From positions 1,429,223 through 1,493,222 of the forward strand of contig OZ316892.1 in NCBI GenBank assembly GCA_973895155.1: DNA of 64,000 nt, read 5' to 3'. This stretch comes from Marsupella aquatica (Eukaryota; Plantae; Marchantiophyta). The notes under the pieces are model-generated. The model saw only the letters and a program-made list of their open reading frames with translations, was not told the DNA's origin and ran no database searches. The position numbers and the translations under genes were made by a program. How positions within the stretch are numbered: position 1 is the stretch's first letter; each line of letters starts with the position of its first letter. This document shows positions 47,581 to 59,306 of this stretch, in pieces.

Positions 47581-48599
47581 GATGACTCTCCTATTTCTTT
47601 GCTATCCGGGTCAAAGGACGCCCCACTACTATGTTTAAGACGCAAAGAGCTTCACAACCTTGAATGATAAACACTACAGAATGAGGGGAGAGTGCCCCTC
47701 ACCACTTTATTTATAGTGCACACCAAGAGGGCATGGATCAAACCCAAGCACTTGGATGAAGGCCAAGTGGCAAGCATCTAATACCTAAGAGTGTGCTAGT
47801 ACTATTCATAGTTGGTGAAACTACTTTTAATAGGTGGAACTACCATGCGTTGGTGGAACTACTGTGCGTTAGTGGATCTACTATGCGTTCACTTGATGAA
47901 ACTACTATGCATTGATGGACTTACTATGCGTTGGTGATACTACTATGCGTTGGTGGAACTATTGTGCGTTGGTAGAATTACTGTGCGTAAGTAAAACTAC
48001 TGTGTGTTATGGAATTATTGTAGTTTGTGGAACTACTCATATGCATTGGTGATACTACTATGCGTTGGTGGAACTATTGTGCGTTGGTAGAATTACTGTG
48101 CGTAAGTAAAACTACTGTGTGTTATGGAATTATTGTAGTTGGTGGAACTACTCATATGCATTGGTGAAACTACTGTAGTCCATTAATGTAGCTAAAGAAG
48201 TTAATAAAGTCTAAATTTAATAATCTAACTACTAAACTACTTATATAATCTATAATCTATTAAAACAAACAATTTTTTTATAACTTAAGAGAAAATCACG
48301 ACAATGATATTAGGTTCTCTCATATGAAATACCACACGCCAAGCATAAGCTCCAAGCATGCGCGTGCGTGAGAACCATAATACCCCTCCAAATTCTTAAA
48401 ATAAATTTATAAATGATACAACATGCAAGACAAAAGAAAAGGAAATCAAAAACTCACAAAAAGAAACCAAAACATAAGCAACAAACACAACAAATAGATA
48501 ATACAAAGAAAGAATGAAACAAAGAAAGAAGAAGAAAACTTACCAAAAACCCTCTTCCTACAAAAAGGAAATGAGGAGGAAATAGATTAGAAAATGAGG

Positions 48600-49183
48600 A
48601 TTGCCTCTTATAGCCCCGGTCCTCCCCCTCCCGGTCTCCTTCCGCCCTCCCGAGCCCTTCCTTCTCCTTCTCGCGCGGCGGCTATGGGTCGGCCGGCGGC
48701 GCCTTCTCACTCACCCCCCTGCCCGGCCGGGCCCGCCCGGTCTGCATTTCACATTCGGTCGGCCGGGCCGGGGCCGGGAGGTTTATGAGGGGGATGGGAT
48801 CGGGGGGAGGGGGGAATGTACTAGGGCCGGGAGGTTTATGAGGGGGGACCAAGGGATGGGACCGGGGGGAGGGGAGAAATGTACTAGGGCCGGGCCGGGA
48901 GGTCTATGAGGGGAGACCGGGGGATGGGGCCGGGGGGGAATGTACCAAGGCCGGGACCGAGTCCATAAGAGATTGGGGGCAGGGGCAGGGGCCGGGGCCG
49001 GAAAGGGGGAGTGAAGAGGGGGTGAGACCGGGGGATAGGGCCGGGGCCGTCCAAAGAACGCCAGACCGGAAGATGGGGTCGGGGACCGGGATAGTCCGGG
49101 TGCCGATTTGCCGGTTGATGACCTTTTAAGCGTCTATTTTCTGGGCAAGTCCAAATCCTGACACAAGTCCAAATCGGGCTCCC
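48600..49183. repeat. GC-rich GGCCGGG-repeat region, possible DNA-transposon end
   Basis: Many GGCCGGG units; duplicated CAAGTCCAAATC; abrupt compositional boundary after ...GGGCTCCC at 49183. Confidence 0.45.
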
Positions 49184-51597
49184 GACCAAAACTCAGAAAG
49201 AGCTATCAATTTTAGCTCAGCAATGGTCGTCCTAAACTTCTCAAGCCGTGCAGTGCAGTTCTCATGATAACACCTCTGCGCATTGGATCCTTCCATGTTG
49301 AATGAGAGAATAGAGTCAAGCGGAGACCTCCATGATAATGCAACCAAAGAGTGAATAGTGATATGGATGATTGATCTCACAAATTTTGCCCAAAACTTAT
49401 GGTTTTATTGCTAGTAGCAGATGAACTAAAAAACATTGTCTAAATATTATGCGATGAGGTGTTCAATATATTACAGGGTCTTCTATATGTTATCCATCTC
49501 AGAGAGGGTCTTTGAGATTTTACGGATTGTGCCCGCCAACACAATAGACTTATCTCAAAGACTCTCGCCGACTTCAAGAGGACAAAAGTGATGGTAAACG
49601 ACCTCTCCAAGACACATCTTAGAGACTCTCGCCAACATGAGAAAGACAATTGTGTATTGCTATGTATGTCAAAGAGGTCACCAACATAACAAGAACACCA
49701 CACTGAGATTTCGCTCAAATAACATCAAAATTTTTACTATTCAAAATTTATCGTACAAAATTGTTCTAATTGTTCTATTATGCTAAAATTATGACAAGAT
49801 GACACTACATCAATCTAATGCAGACTGGTATCTGACATGACATTCAATGTGGGCAAACAACTTTCACATTGGTGCTCAGTCAATGCCGCTAAAAATTGTC
49901 ACGATTAACAGGAAGACCATTATCAAGTCTTTCTTGAACCTGTTCAATGTACCAGTTACCAACACAAGTCCTTTTCCAAGACTCTACTCACGCTTGCTCA
50001 ACACCATATATCAAGAGGTAGCAGTCAACTTCCTCTGAAGTACATAACAACCAGGAATCAATCCTTTCATTTAATAAGATACTATAAGACAACCGATTCC
50101 AAACATCAATCAATGGGAACGCTCTCATTGAATCTTGAAAGAACAAAGGGGTCACTATAGCCCATCTTACGCTACAAAATGCTATAGCTGTAGTCATTGC
50201 AACCCATTAAATGTCTCCATTTCCCATTGATATGAGCAACTAATTGTACCATCGGGAAGAGTCTTCACTAGATGATGACGACCCCGAACTGGATCCAAAA
50301 CTGCGACACCTTTGAGCATTGACCAAATCTAAGGCCAGATGTGCAACTCCACAAGATCATCAGGTAATCTTAGAATCAAGTTACTCACTAGAAGATTATA
50401 TTGCAGGGGATAACGAGAATTCCAAATGTGAGCACGATCTTGTTTCTTACTAGTCACAAGCATCTGCAATTCCAATATAAGTTTTTGTTGTGTCCTATCG
50501 ATGAAAAGCTCACTCCGCCTACGTCAGGATCCATAGTAAGTTTGTAACAAAGAAACATGCTTAATTTTAGAGCAGACCGATGCTCTACCCTCCTAATGTA
50601 ACCTTGTCCAACCTAAACCCTAAACACTAAACCGACCAGGACAACGGGCACATAATATTGGTCACATTAAACGGTCATTTTCCTAAACCCTAAACCCTAG
50701 GCCCAAAAAAATTGACCATATTTGGTTGTTTGGTAATGTAAATGTTGGCGAGGGTCTCCAAAATACAATGTCGGTGAGGGTCTTTGAGATACAATGAAGA
50801 AGGAGTCCATGTCAATGGCCACTTTCAGAACCTATTCATGTTGGCGGTGGTTGTCGAGATCAGACAATACCGACATTAAATACAAGGTTATCGATCTCAA
50901 TTAGAGTCAAGATTGGTTGGTTAACACATTGATTTGTGTTGACATTCCATTTGAAGATGTTTGCAAAGCACCAGTACAAGTGCTTGCACAGGAAGTAGGC
51001 TCTTTCCATAGACTCCCTATACATGAAATCCTTGCAGGAGCAACTTGGGAAGACATAGATCTATACGCAATGTATGGAGTTTGCCCCCTCCAAATATTGT
51101 TGACCATGAGCCTCACGCCTATAGCATTTTCTGTTTTGATTCTCCTCATTGATGTGCATACAATTGCCTCAGTCTTAGCATTACGGATACGTGTGGCAAC
51201 ATACTTGGAGGTGTCTGACCTCCTTCGCCTTGCCTGGCCATTGCATCAAGTACCATGCTCATCATGCATTGTAGGATTTATCTGCTCTGGGTATGTGTTC
51301 AAATCCATTATGATGTCGTCAGCACTCACCAATTCATTCATAACATCTTCACTAAAAATGATGTCCACTCCATTGTTGTGTAGGAAGAGGACCTCTTCTT
51401 CTGAAAGATTAGTTCCACGAGAGATAGGAAACTTTGAAGGTAGCACTGGTGGTAAAACACTGGTAATAAATGGCAAAGAGAATTTTATGCAACACTAGTT
51501 GTTTGGGCAAAACCAATACGGATATGGAACACCTGGTTTGTTAAATTTACTCCCAGCTAGCCAACAGATACCGACAACACCTAATCCGCTTACTTTT

Positions 51598-52629
51598 CCT
51601 TGGAATGGTTTTTTTATAAATTTTAATACCGCAAAAAACCCCATGGATAGGGGGAACACCAACCCTTAATACATGGAGAAAGCACACAAGCAAGCCACAA
51701 AGAGAGCACAGAAATATAGTAGAGAGCATCAAAGCCCCAGGGAGAGCCTTCCAACAATAAATGAAATAACACCAATCGAGAAAGCACCTATGACCCTCCC
51801 ACAACAGCACCAAAAAAACACAGACCCCTCAATCAGTAGCGCCGCCATTAGAGGGCACAGAGAGAACTCTGTCACCACCCCGCCTCAGCCATTGTTGCCT
51901 CGTGCCCTGCATCCATTTTTGAGCGTGATTCAACCAAGAGCAACGTCTCCCACAGGGTAAACCAACCCCAATCACATGTATGTGGGTGGCAGTCTTAGCA
52001 AGCATCATGCCCATGTCAAATGAATGTCCCTCCTTATTAGAGAACATATGTTCATTTCTTCCTAGCCAAATCATCCAGAGAGTCTGATAGACACAAAAAA
52101 TCCTAGTAGTGTGAATAGGATTCGGCCCAATCGATGCATCGAGAATAGCCAACAGACCGCCCCCAATGGGTAAGCGCAGCTCCGTCAAAATCCTGTTGCA
52201 CATCCTCCAACAGCATGAGGCATGGGAACAATCAATGAACAAATGTTGTATCATCTCCAAGACCCCACAACACAGCTTACAATTCCCCATACCAGCCTGG
52301 ATACGGAGGGCCCTTTGGCCAGTAAACAATCCACCAACCAAAATCTGCCAGATAAAGGTTTTTGCTCTGCAAGAGAGGTCATAAATCCACAACTTTTTCC
52401 ATCCAATGCACCATTCAATTTCTGATCGGTGTGAGGACCAGCACCTATTAAGCAGCACATATAAACTCATCTTGGGTCTCAAGAACTGGTAAACCCTGCA
52501 GTTGGTGATATGAAAGTCCTTCAGAGGCTCAGCCCTGTCAGACTAGTGCCACTGTCTGATCGAAGGATCCTTGTCCCATCTGCAGGCGGTCGACTCCCAG
52601 ATTTTCCCTAGGAACGCTTTGGCCAGCCT
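51598..52629 (-). mobile_element. 5'-truncated L1-like LINE
   Basis: zf-RVT-like region (CKLC...HLFIDC, WLGRN) homologous to 1700-2420; short A-tail; 13-bp TSD TCCGCTTACTTTT (51585-51597, 52630-52642). Confidence 0.88.
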
Positions 52630-52699
52630 TCCGCTTACTTTTAGTCTTGTCTCTCTAATAAATTGAGCGTATACTCTCCGTTCCATGCCTTTGAATGCA

Positions 52700-55000
52700 C
52701 CTCAACAACCCAGACTCTTACCAATCATTGAGATGCAAGCCAAAAAAAACATGTCTAGAACCAAATCACTTTCCTGAACACGTTGTCTCACGGGCTCTGA
52801 ATGTGGGGTTGACCTCGTTGTTCGGGGTTCCACAATGACGACATCTGGGTTGCCCAAGCCACGAGAGCCATCGGACGATAGATCCATAACTTCAACATCC
52901 TGGCTTTTCAAGTTTGCGTCCCTATTTGCAATCCCCCTGAACTTCCTATTCTTTGGTCTGATTACCAAAATAATGTCAAGCCGGTGGGAATCTTCTACTA
53001 GAATATGATGGCCAGCAGTGGCCTTCCCACATTTCATAGGAATCGTTTCTACATCTCCTCTAAGCGGGTGGACAAGAACTCACGCAAGTGTGGTTGAGTT
53101 ACAACGATGTTCAATTTTGGAAAGAAAGATTCAACATTTCCAACGGCAATAGCATCTCAAAATCAAAGTTCAAACAAGCTCGGACCACATCCTTTCCTCC
53201 CACTGAATTTGTAGTTCTTCAAAGCTCCATTCTGGCTCAATGTGCAAGATGCATCCAGGGTACTAACCTAACCTTTGTAGTAAATAAAGATTTCACATAG
53301 ATGCGTGTACCGACTCTGCCCCGCTGTGGTTAGACATGAGTGTTGCCTTTTCTCTATTGATCTCGTGCAATACCGTTCTAAAATACATTTCAATTTCAGA
53401 TGGTCATTTTTTTGGTTCTCGACAATAGACAAAATAGGTGTAACAGAGCGTATCTCGGAGAGCTTCGTCGAGATCCGACATGTTGGACGGATATCATGCA
53501 TAGAGGGGGAAAATGTTAAGATATTTATGAGTCTCACAAAGTTTCCCCAGTGAGAAAACCGAACAATCCACCAAGACATCCATGTGGTGAGCTCCTTTGC
53601 TTTTTCTGGTAACGCATTGTCCTCATTCCACCACATTTCTAGCCTCTCAAAAACTTGATAGGCAAGAACTATATTATTAGCATGCCGAAGTGATTCCAAC
53701 AATTCTTTATGCTTGAATCTTGAACTTGGAACAATGTGAGCTTCTACATTCTCTATACTGATTGGGCCCAATGAAACGCATCAGACCTCTTTCTGTGGGA
53801 ATTCATCTTCTCATCCCAAAATTTATTGTGGATTGCATTCCACCCAGCAACAACATTATCAACCATAAATCCACATAACCGCACATTCTTCAGCCCATGT
53901 TCTTCACATACCCTCCTCCTGACCTTTCATGTAGTTTGCAATGACTTGTTGTCTTCTGAAACTAGCTCGCAAACAAAGATTGTGCATAAGCCTCGATAGA
54001 AATAGTCATATACGTGTGCTGACATAGTGCACCATCTGTTATCAAGTATGCGGTGCATGACATTAGACATCACCCAAGAATGCTCAAGATCCCCTCTTGG
54101 CTGCATTCTTTGAACGAGGTCCACTCCTGACCCAAGATCTTCTATACTCATTTTAAAATTGTGTGGTCGCTCATCTATTCCCACGTTCTGGGCTGGGAAT
54201 AAAACACTTTGGATAAAAGGAAATGCAGTCTATTTCTGCATTTCTGGTATCATGCTTACATCAGACAACACATGAGAGTATCTCTTGATGCTCCTGATCA
54301 TCAAGCAAAAAATAGATTCGTCGCCCAGAATGACCAATATTTCATCAAGGTTATTAATTTTGCCTCCTTAGTTGTGACCATCTCAGCCACTAGGTCCTCA
54401 AAAATATCTTTGAATTTTTGTACTACTTTGATCTTGATCACAGACGGCCGTGCTATAGGACTTCTTTTGAGTTCCTCCTCCATGAGATTATGCACAAGTG
54501 ATCATTGATCTTTGTTGTGTGTGAACATTGCAAGATGGGTGTGATTTCCAACATGCATGGCAACACAAGACTTGTGACAGTTATTAAGGTCATCCTTGGT
54601 TGGAGTGATGTAGTGTATCTCACGTGGGCATCCAGCTATACACCTAGGAGGCCTCTTGCAGAAGCCAAATTACACTCAATGGGAGAACGTCGCGTCCAAC
54701 AAGGAAAGGTAGCTCATTTGTGCCTGCTCGATCTCAGGTCCACTTTGCAGAATTGTGCTCTTTGCGCTCCTCAAAATTCTCACAATCCCTATGCAAACAA
54801 TGCAGAGAACCCAAACATTCACAATTTGGATGTTGTAAGAGTGGTTGTTGTTGTTTAGCTTTGGGCCGATATTTGCTCCTGTCTCAATTAACCTGCTCCA
54901 CATGTAACAATCATTCTTTCGCTCCTTATTCTCAACTCCTACCATCGCCCATGCTAGGAGTTCTAAGGATGTGGTTGTTGCAATCAAATGTAGTGGCAAG
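52700..55000 (-). pseudogene. Decayed MULE-like transposase
   Basis: MQPRGDLEHSWVM...HVYD...FMVDN...WW..RFSHWG fragments, as I recall from bryophyte MULE-like transposases. Confidence 0.6.
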
Positions 55001-55141
55001 TAAAATGATCATGGGAAATCTGCCGCCTGGAAGTTATGTGAGAGCCTAGTCAGAGGATACATCATGAGAAGCTTGCAACCATAGCATAAATGAATTACAC
55101 AAGTGACTTGTCTATTTTACTGCCAGCGCTCTAAAATGCTT

Positions 55142-55549
55142 TCACAATGCTTCGAGTAGTAGGATAGTGATACCTGTATGAGTGCCATCTATCCCAAAAA
55201 ATGGTCTCACATACTTAAAGGCATTCTGTGAGGATGTTGGTGATATATAAATACGCTGGAACATATTGTCAAACTCATAGGTCTGATAAACGACATGTGT
55301 GCCTAGATCGATGGCTTTAAGCTTTGCCACAAAAGATATGATATTTTGGAAAGACATGGCCTGGTCACCTCCTAACTTCTTCACGACATGTTGACGTGCC
55401 CTTGCAACAGTCCATATAGTGGTATCGGCACACTCATTCTCTCTAAGAGTACCTCTCATGTCCTTATTTGATGTATCTTGATTGACTCTGATGGTAGACT
55501 CCAACTTCTCCTCAACCCACCATCTTTTATTTGCTCCGTGGCGGAACAA
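55142..55549 (-). pseudogene. MuDR/MULE transposase fragment
   Basis: FQRIYISP...FKYVRPFFGIDGTH. Confidence 0.75.
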
Positions 55550-55902
55550 GTGAATGGCCTAACCACAATTGTGGATAAGATGACTTTGCTGGACACTGAC
55601 TCTACTTGACTCCTTCAAATGTTTAACATACAACTCAGCTTTGCAAGAGTCTATCAGTGTTTCGTGCAACCCTCTTAAAACTCCATCCTGCTTAAGCCTC
55701 GTAGTCATCTCGGGAGTCATCTAGAACTTTGTCAAAGTCACTCCATGTCAAGTATTGCTTTTCCTTTAGCAATCTTGACTCAAATAGTGTGGGTTCATGA
55801 CCATCAACAAACCCTGCACAATTGGAGGTTGTGTTGTTTTTTTTGTTTTTTGTTTTTTGTTTTTTGTTTTTTGTTTTTTTTTGGAGGTTGTGTTGTTAAA
55901 AC

Positions 55903-57705
55903 TGTGACACAGGTAACATGTCACTTAACCAAACCCAGGTCATAGATTAGGCCTTATACGGGCATTAGGGCCATAGCCATAGCGTAGAATAGCACGTATA
56001 GCCGTCGGTTGCCATTATGATTAGATTAGGAGTAGGTTAAGATGACCAAATAATTACAAGTTCAGGAAAGGGATTATTATGCGCGACCGAGGTACGGTGG
56101 CGGCAGCAGAGTAAAAATCAGTTAGAAGAATCATGCTTGGACCGAGGCGCCGACTTCAGCTCATTATCAATGACCAAAATGGCCTGGCCTTCTCACGCTC
56201 GGGCTCATCCTGGCACCTCCATAAGAGAGGAGCCGATGGCGCTGCGGGCCATTTGCTCATGTCTACCTTTTTGGAATTCGCGGACGTTGCCATCCACTCG
56301 CCTTTCTGATCGAATCGAGTCAACCCTTACAAGGAGATTATCGAGGGAGAGGAGCAGAATGTGGTGAGATTTAGTCAAGACAATCGAGGCCTCCACGAGG
56401 AAAAAGACCAGCCGGGTGGGAACGTGGACTCAACAAACCGGACTACGAGGTTAGTATGACCCTCACAGCCTTGGGATTTTGGACCTTGTTTGGCGAGGTA
56501 GGTGCTAAGTTCTCTGAGACTTACTGGTACTCTTGTCCCGAGAAAGCCGCCTACGAACGAAGATACGCGAAGCTGGTAACCAAGGTAGCACTAGTTAATT
56601 GCGAAAAGACAGCCATCACCAGGGATTCCAGCTACAACGAGCTGCGAGACTACATCACCGAACTATATCTCAGCGAGGAAGGGCTTAGAACGGTAGTTGA
56701 GGCAATTCTTGAGGTTCCACCAAGTTCTTTAAGCTGAAGGGCAGCCAACGGCTTACTCAAGCGGAGTTCGACAAGATTCCGGGGTACCTAGACCAGCAGA
56801 TCGCAGCCAAAAAGTGCCAGGAAGACATCAACAGACAACGGGAAGCGGCGCGTAATCTTACGTTTCTCGGGGAAAGCTCCAACGCCTTCAACTGGGATAT
56901 GGCTACCCCGATACCACCAGTGCCTCAGCCGATGACCACTGGCGTACCGCCGAACCGGTCCCAAGTCCGTCCAGTAATCAACACAAAGTGTTCTTTGGGT
57001 TCCGAGCGAGCTAGTCCGCAACTCGAACAGCGTCCTCGTAAGCGGCCAAGGACTACGATGGTCCCCGAATCAACAACGCGGACCAACGCCGCGCCTGCAC
57101 CGGCCCCGGTAAACCCCCCAACCAACCAGACCCGACGGCCCCTGGATAACCCGAAGTCCAACTTATTACAGGTAATCCGCGTCCCCAAAGTAGTCTGGAT
57201 CGCGATCAAGAAACTCAAACATGCGGACTATCTAAAGGAACATCAGTTGGAGCAGTTCGCTCACTTGCTTTGGAGGCCGTGCGCCGCCGGGCCGAAGGAG
57301 ATTTGTGAATTCATCTCCAATTTCGACACTAACGCGTCGACCACCAAGGTTTCGGGGCAGGCCTTATCACTCACGGAGCATCGGTTAACGCAAATCTTCT
57401 GCCTACCAACCGGGCCAGTGCCGGTGGAAATCCAAATTCGGGATAAGGAGTATACGCCGTAGCACTTCAAACCCGAGGGTAAGACGGACAACGGATACAA
57501 GCAGGGGGCATACACCAACTTAACCTGTATGGAGCGGCTTAACTTCATACGGACTACCCTACACATGATTGAGCCACGATCCGAGATTTCCCTCTGCATG
57601 ATCGTGCAGGTGGAACAGTACAAACAACAAAACTGGGCCCAATTCTTCTACCAAAGATTCTCGGGGGAGCTAAAGCGGGCTTAGGGTGGTATGGCTATTG
57701 GAGGG
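55903..57705 (+). mobile_element. 5' part of giant LTR family Y with ORF from 56456
   Basis: Starts TGTGACAC; one frameshift (~56720) joins ORF 56456 to ORF 56899; matches 3744-4736 and 12228 onward. Confidence 0.85.
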
Positions 57706-58524
57706 TTTGAGAATTTATGTGAGCAAGCTCTGATTGATCATCGTATTACCTCTCGTGATCATCCTGAGGCAGATGGATTAGCTTAGAGAGTTGTGCAAAC
57801 TGTGAAGAGAGGATTGCATAAGTATGGCTTGCAAGTTGGTCATCTGGGAGATTGGGATCTCCAGCTACGTTGGTTAGCTATGGGCTACCATTTTAGTCGG
57901 CAAGCATCACTTGCATCCTTCTCACCTTATTTTTTTGCTCTATGGTAGAGAGCCAAATTTGCCAACAGCTATTCATCGTGATGCTGCACCAATTGTGAAC
58001 TTGGATGATCCTGATGTTTGGGTCAAGGTGTGTTCAGAGAGAGCACGGGTATTTCAGAGAGTGATGCTCATGGCTTTTGACAACCTTGCAATTGCCCAAC
58101 ATCGTGATACTTTGAGGTATGCCACTATTCGTGGAGGAGGTTACCATGCCAGCATTTGACGATTTCATCCTGGTGATTATGTTTATTTGTAGCAGACAGC
58201 ACCCACGACACTTGATGTGACCGCAGGCCAGACAATCTTACGTGTACGTGAAGTGTTGTCTTCTGGTGTCCTAATGTTGAAGGGACGCAATGGTATGGTT
58301 TGGAAGGATCATGTGCGCAACTGTGCACCATGTCACCTTGCCAACATTGATGGTACAGTAGATCCAAGCTTGGCACATGTTCATGTTGACTTGAAATGTA
58401 TGTTGTGGGAGTAGCTACTATGTTGATTTGTGATAAGTGTTCTAGAGGATGACACATGTCATGTTTGACACCACCATTGCAGGTGATTTCTAGTGGATCA
58501 TGGTTGTATCCTCAGTGTCGGTGA
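57706..58524 (+). pseudogene. Ty3/gypsy integrase C-terminus with a PHD finger
   Basis: SRDHPEADGLA*RVVQT, LYGREP, then CML...MLICDKCSRG*HMSCLTPPL...GSWLYPQC. Confidence 0.8.
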
Positions 58525-58838
58525 AGCCGACTAGTTATCATTTGTGTTCTCTTGGCCGATACGGATTGCAGGAAGGTGATCGATGGGGCTCACTTACACC
58601 CGGCCTCTTGATCTTCACTTAAAAAGACCGTGTATATCAGCCTTGTAGAACTCATGGCTAGCTAGAGTTGGGGGACCTTAATCCTAGCTAGGGGAGCGAT
58701 TATGGGTTTTGGACATGTGTGGACATGAGTTCCACTTGTATTCTATTCTCTTGTGTTTGTGATGCTGCATTGTGGATATGTTTGGATGTGTGTGACAAGC
58801 GGTGTATGTTGTGTAGCAATGTGTATGCGCACGACAGC

Positions 58839-59306
58839 TGTCACACCATTCTAGATGTTGTTGTAGTATATAGTGCTAGTTGAGTATGTATGTTTTGTAT
58901 GTGTGCTATTGGAGCCAATAGGGTTCCATTAGGTTTCTGTGAGAGGGTAGTTCTCCCTTGTGAGGCATTGAAAGGTTATCTTTCAATGTTGAGTCTTGGA
59001 GAGGGGAGCTTGTGTGTGGTGGCTATGGTGGCTGAGAGCTCTCTCTATGTAGCGTGGATTCTTTGAGTGCAAGGTGCGTTGGCTCAACATATGTGTGTGA
59101 TTGGATTGGACGGGATTGAGTGCATAATGTTGGCATCGATCGTTGTTCCGATTGCATTGAGATTTTTGTGGGTTTTGGACATGTGTGGACATGAGTTCCA
59201 CTTGTATTCCATTCTCTTGTGTTTGTGATGTTGCATTGTGGATATGTTTGAATGGATGTGTGTGACAAGCGATGTATGTTGTGTAGCGATGTGTATGCGC
59301 ACGACA
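58839..59306 (+). repeat. 3' LTR family Z (468 bp), with an extra copy of its last ~135 bp at 58703-58836
   Basis: TGTCAC...CACGACA; purine tract AGGGGAG near 58690. Confidence 0.8.

Larger units (their letters stand above)
47080..48303 (-). mobile_element. Solo LTR family F4 (microprotein-encoding)
   Basis: Minus strand TGTCGTG...CCCAGACA; TATAAATA near 47710; ~19-22-bp GGTGGAACTACTGTGCGTT array at 47815-48180; 3' half similar to F2. Confidence 0.88.

Noticed and set aside
50610-50700. Telomere-like CCCTAAA repeats
   Set aside because: Only two or three degenerate units per patch; common telo-box-like sequence.
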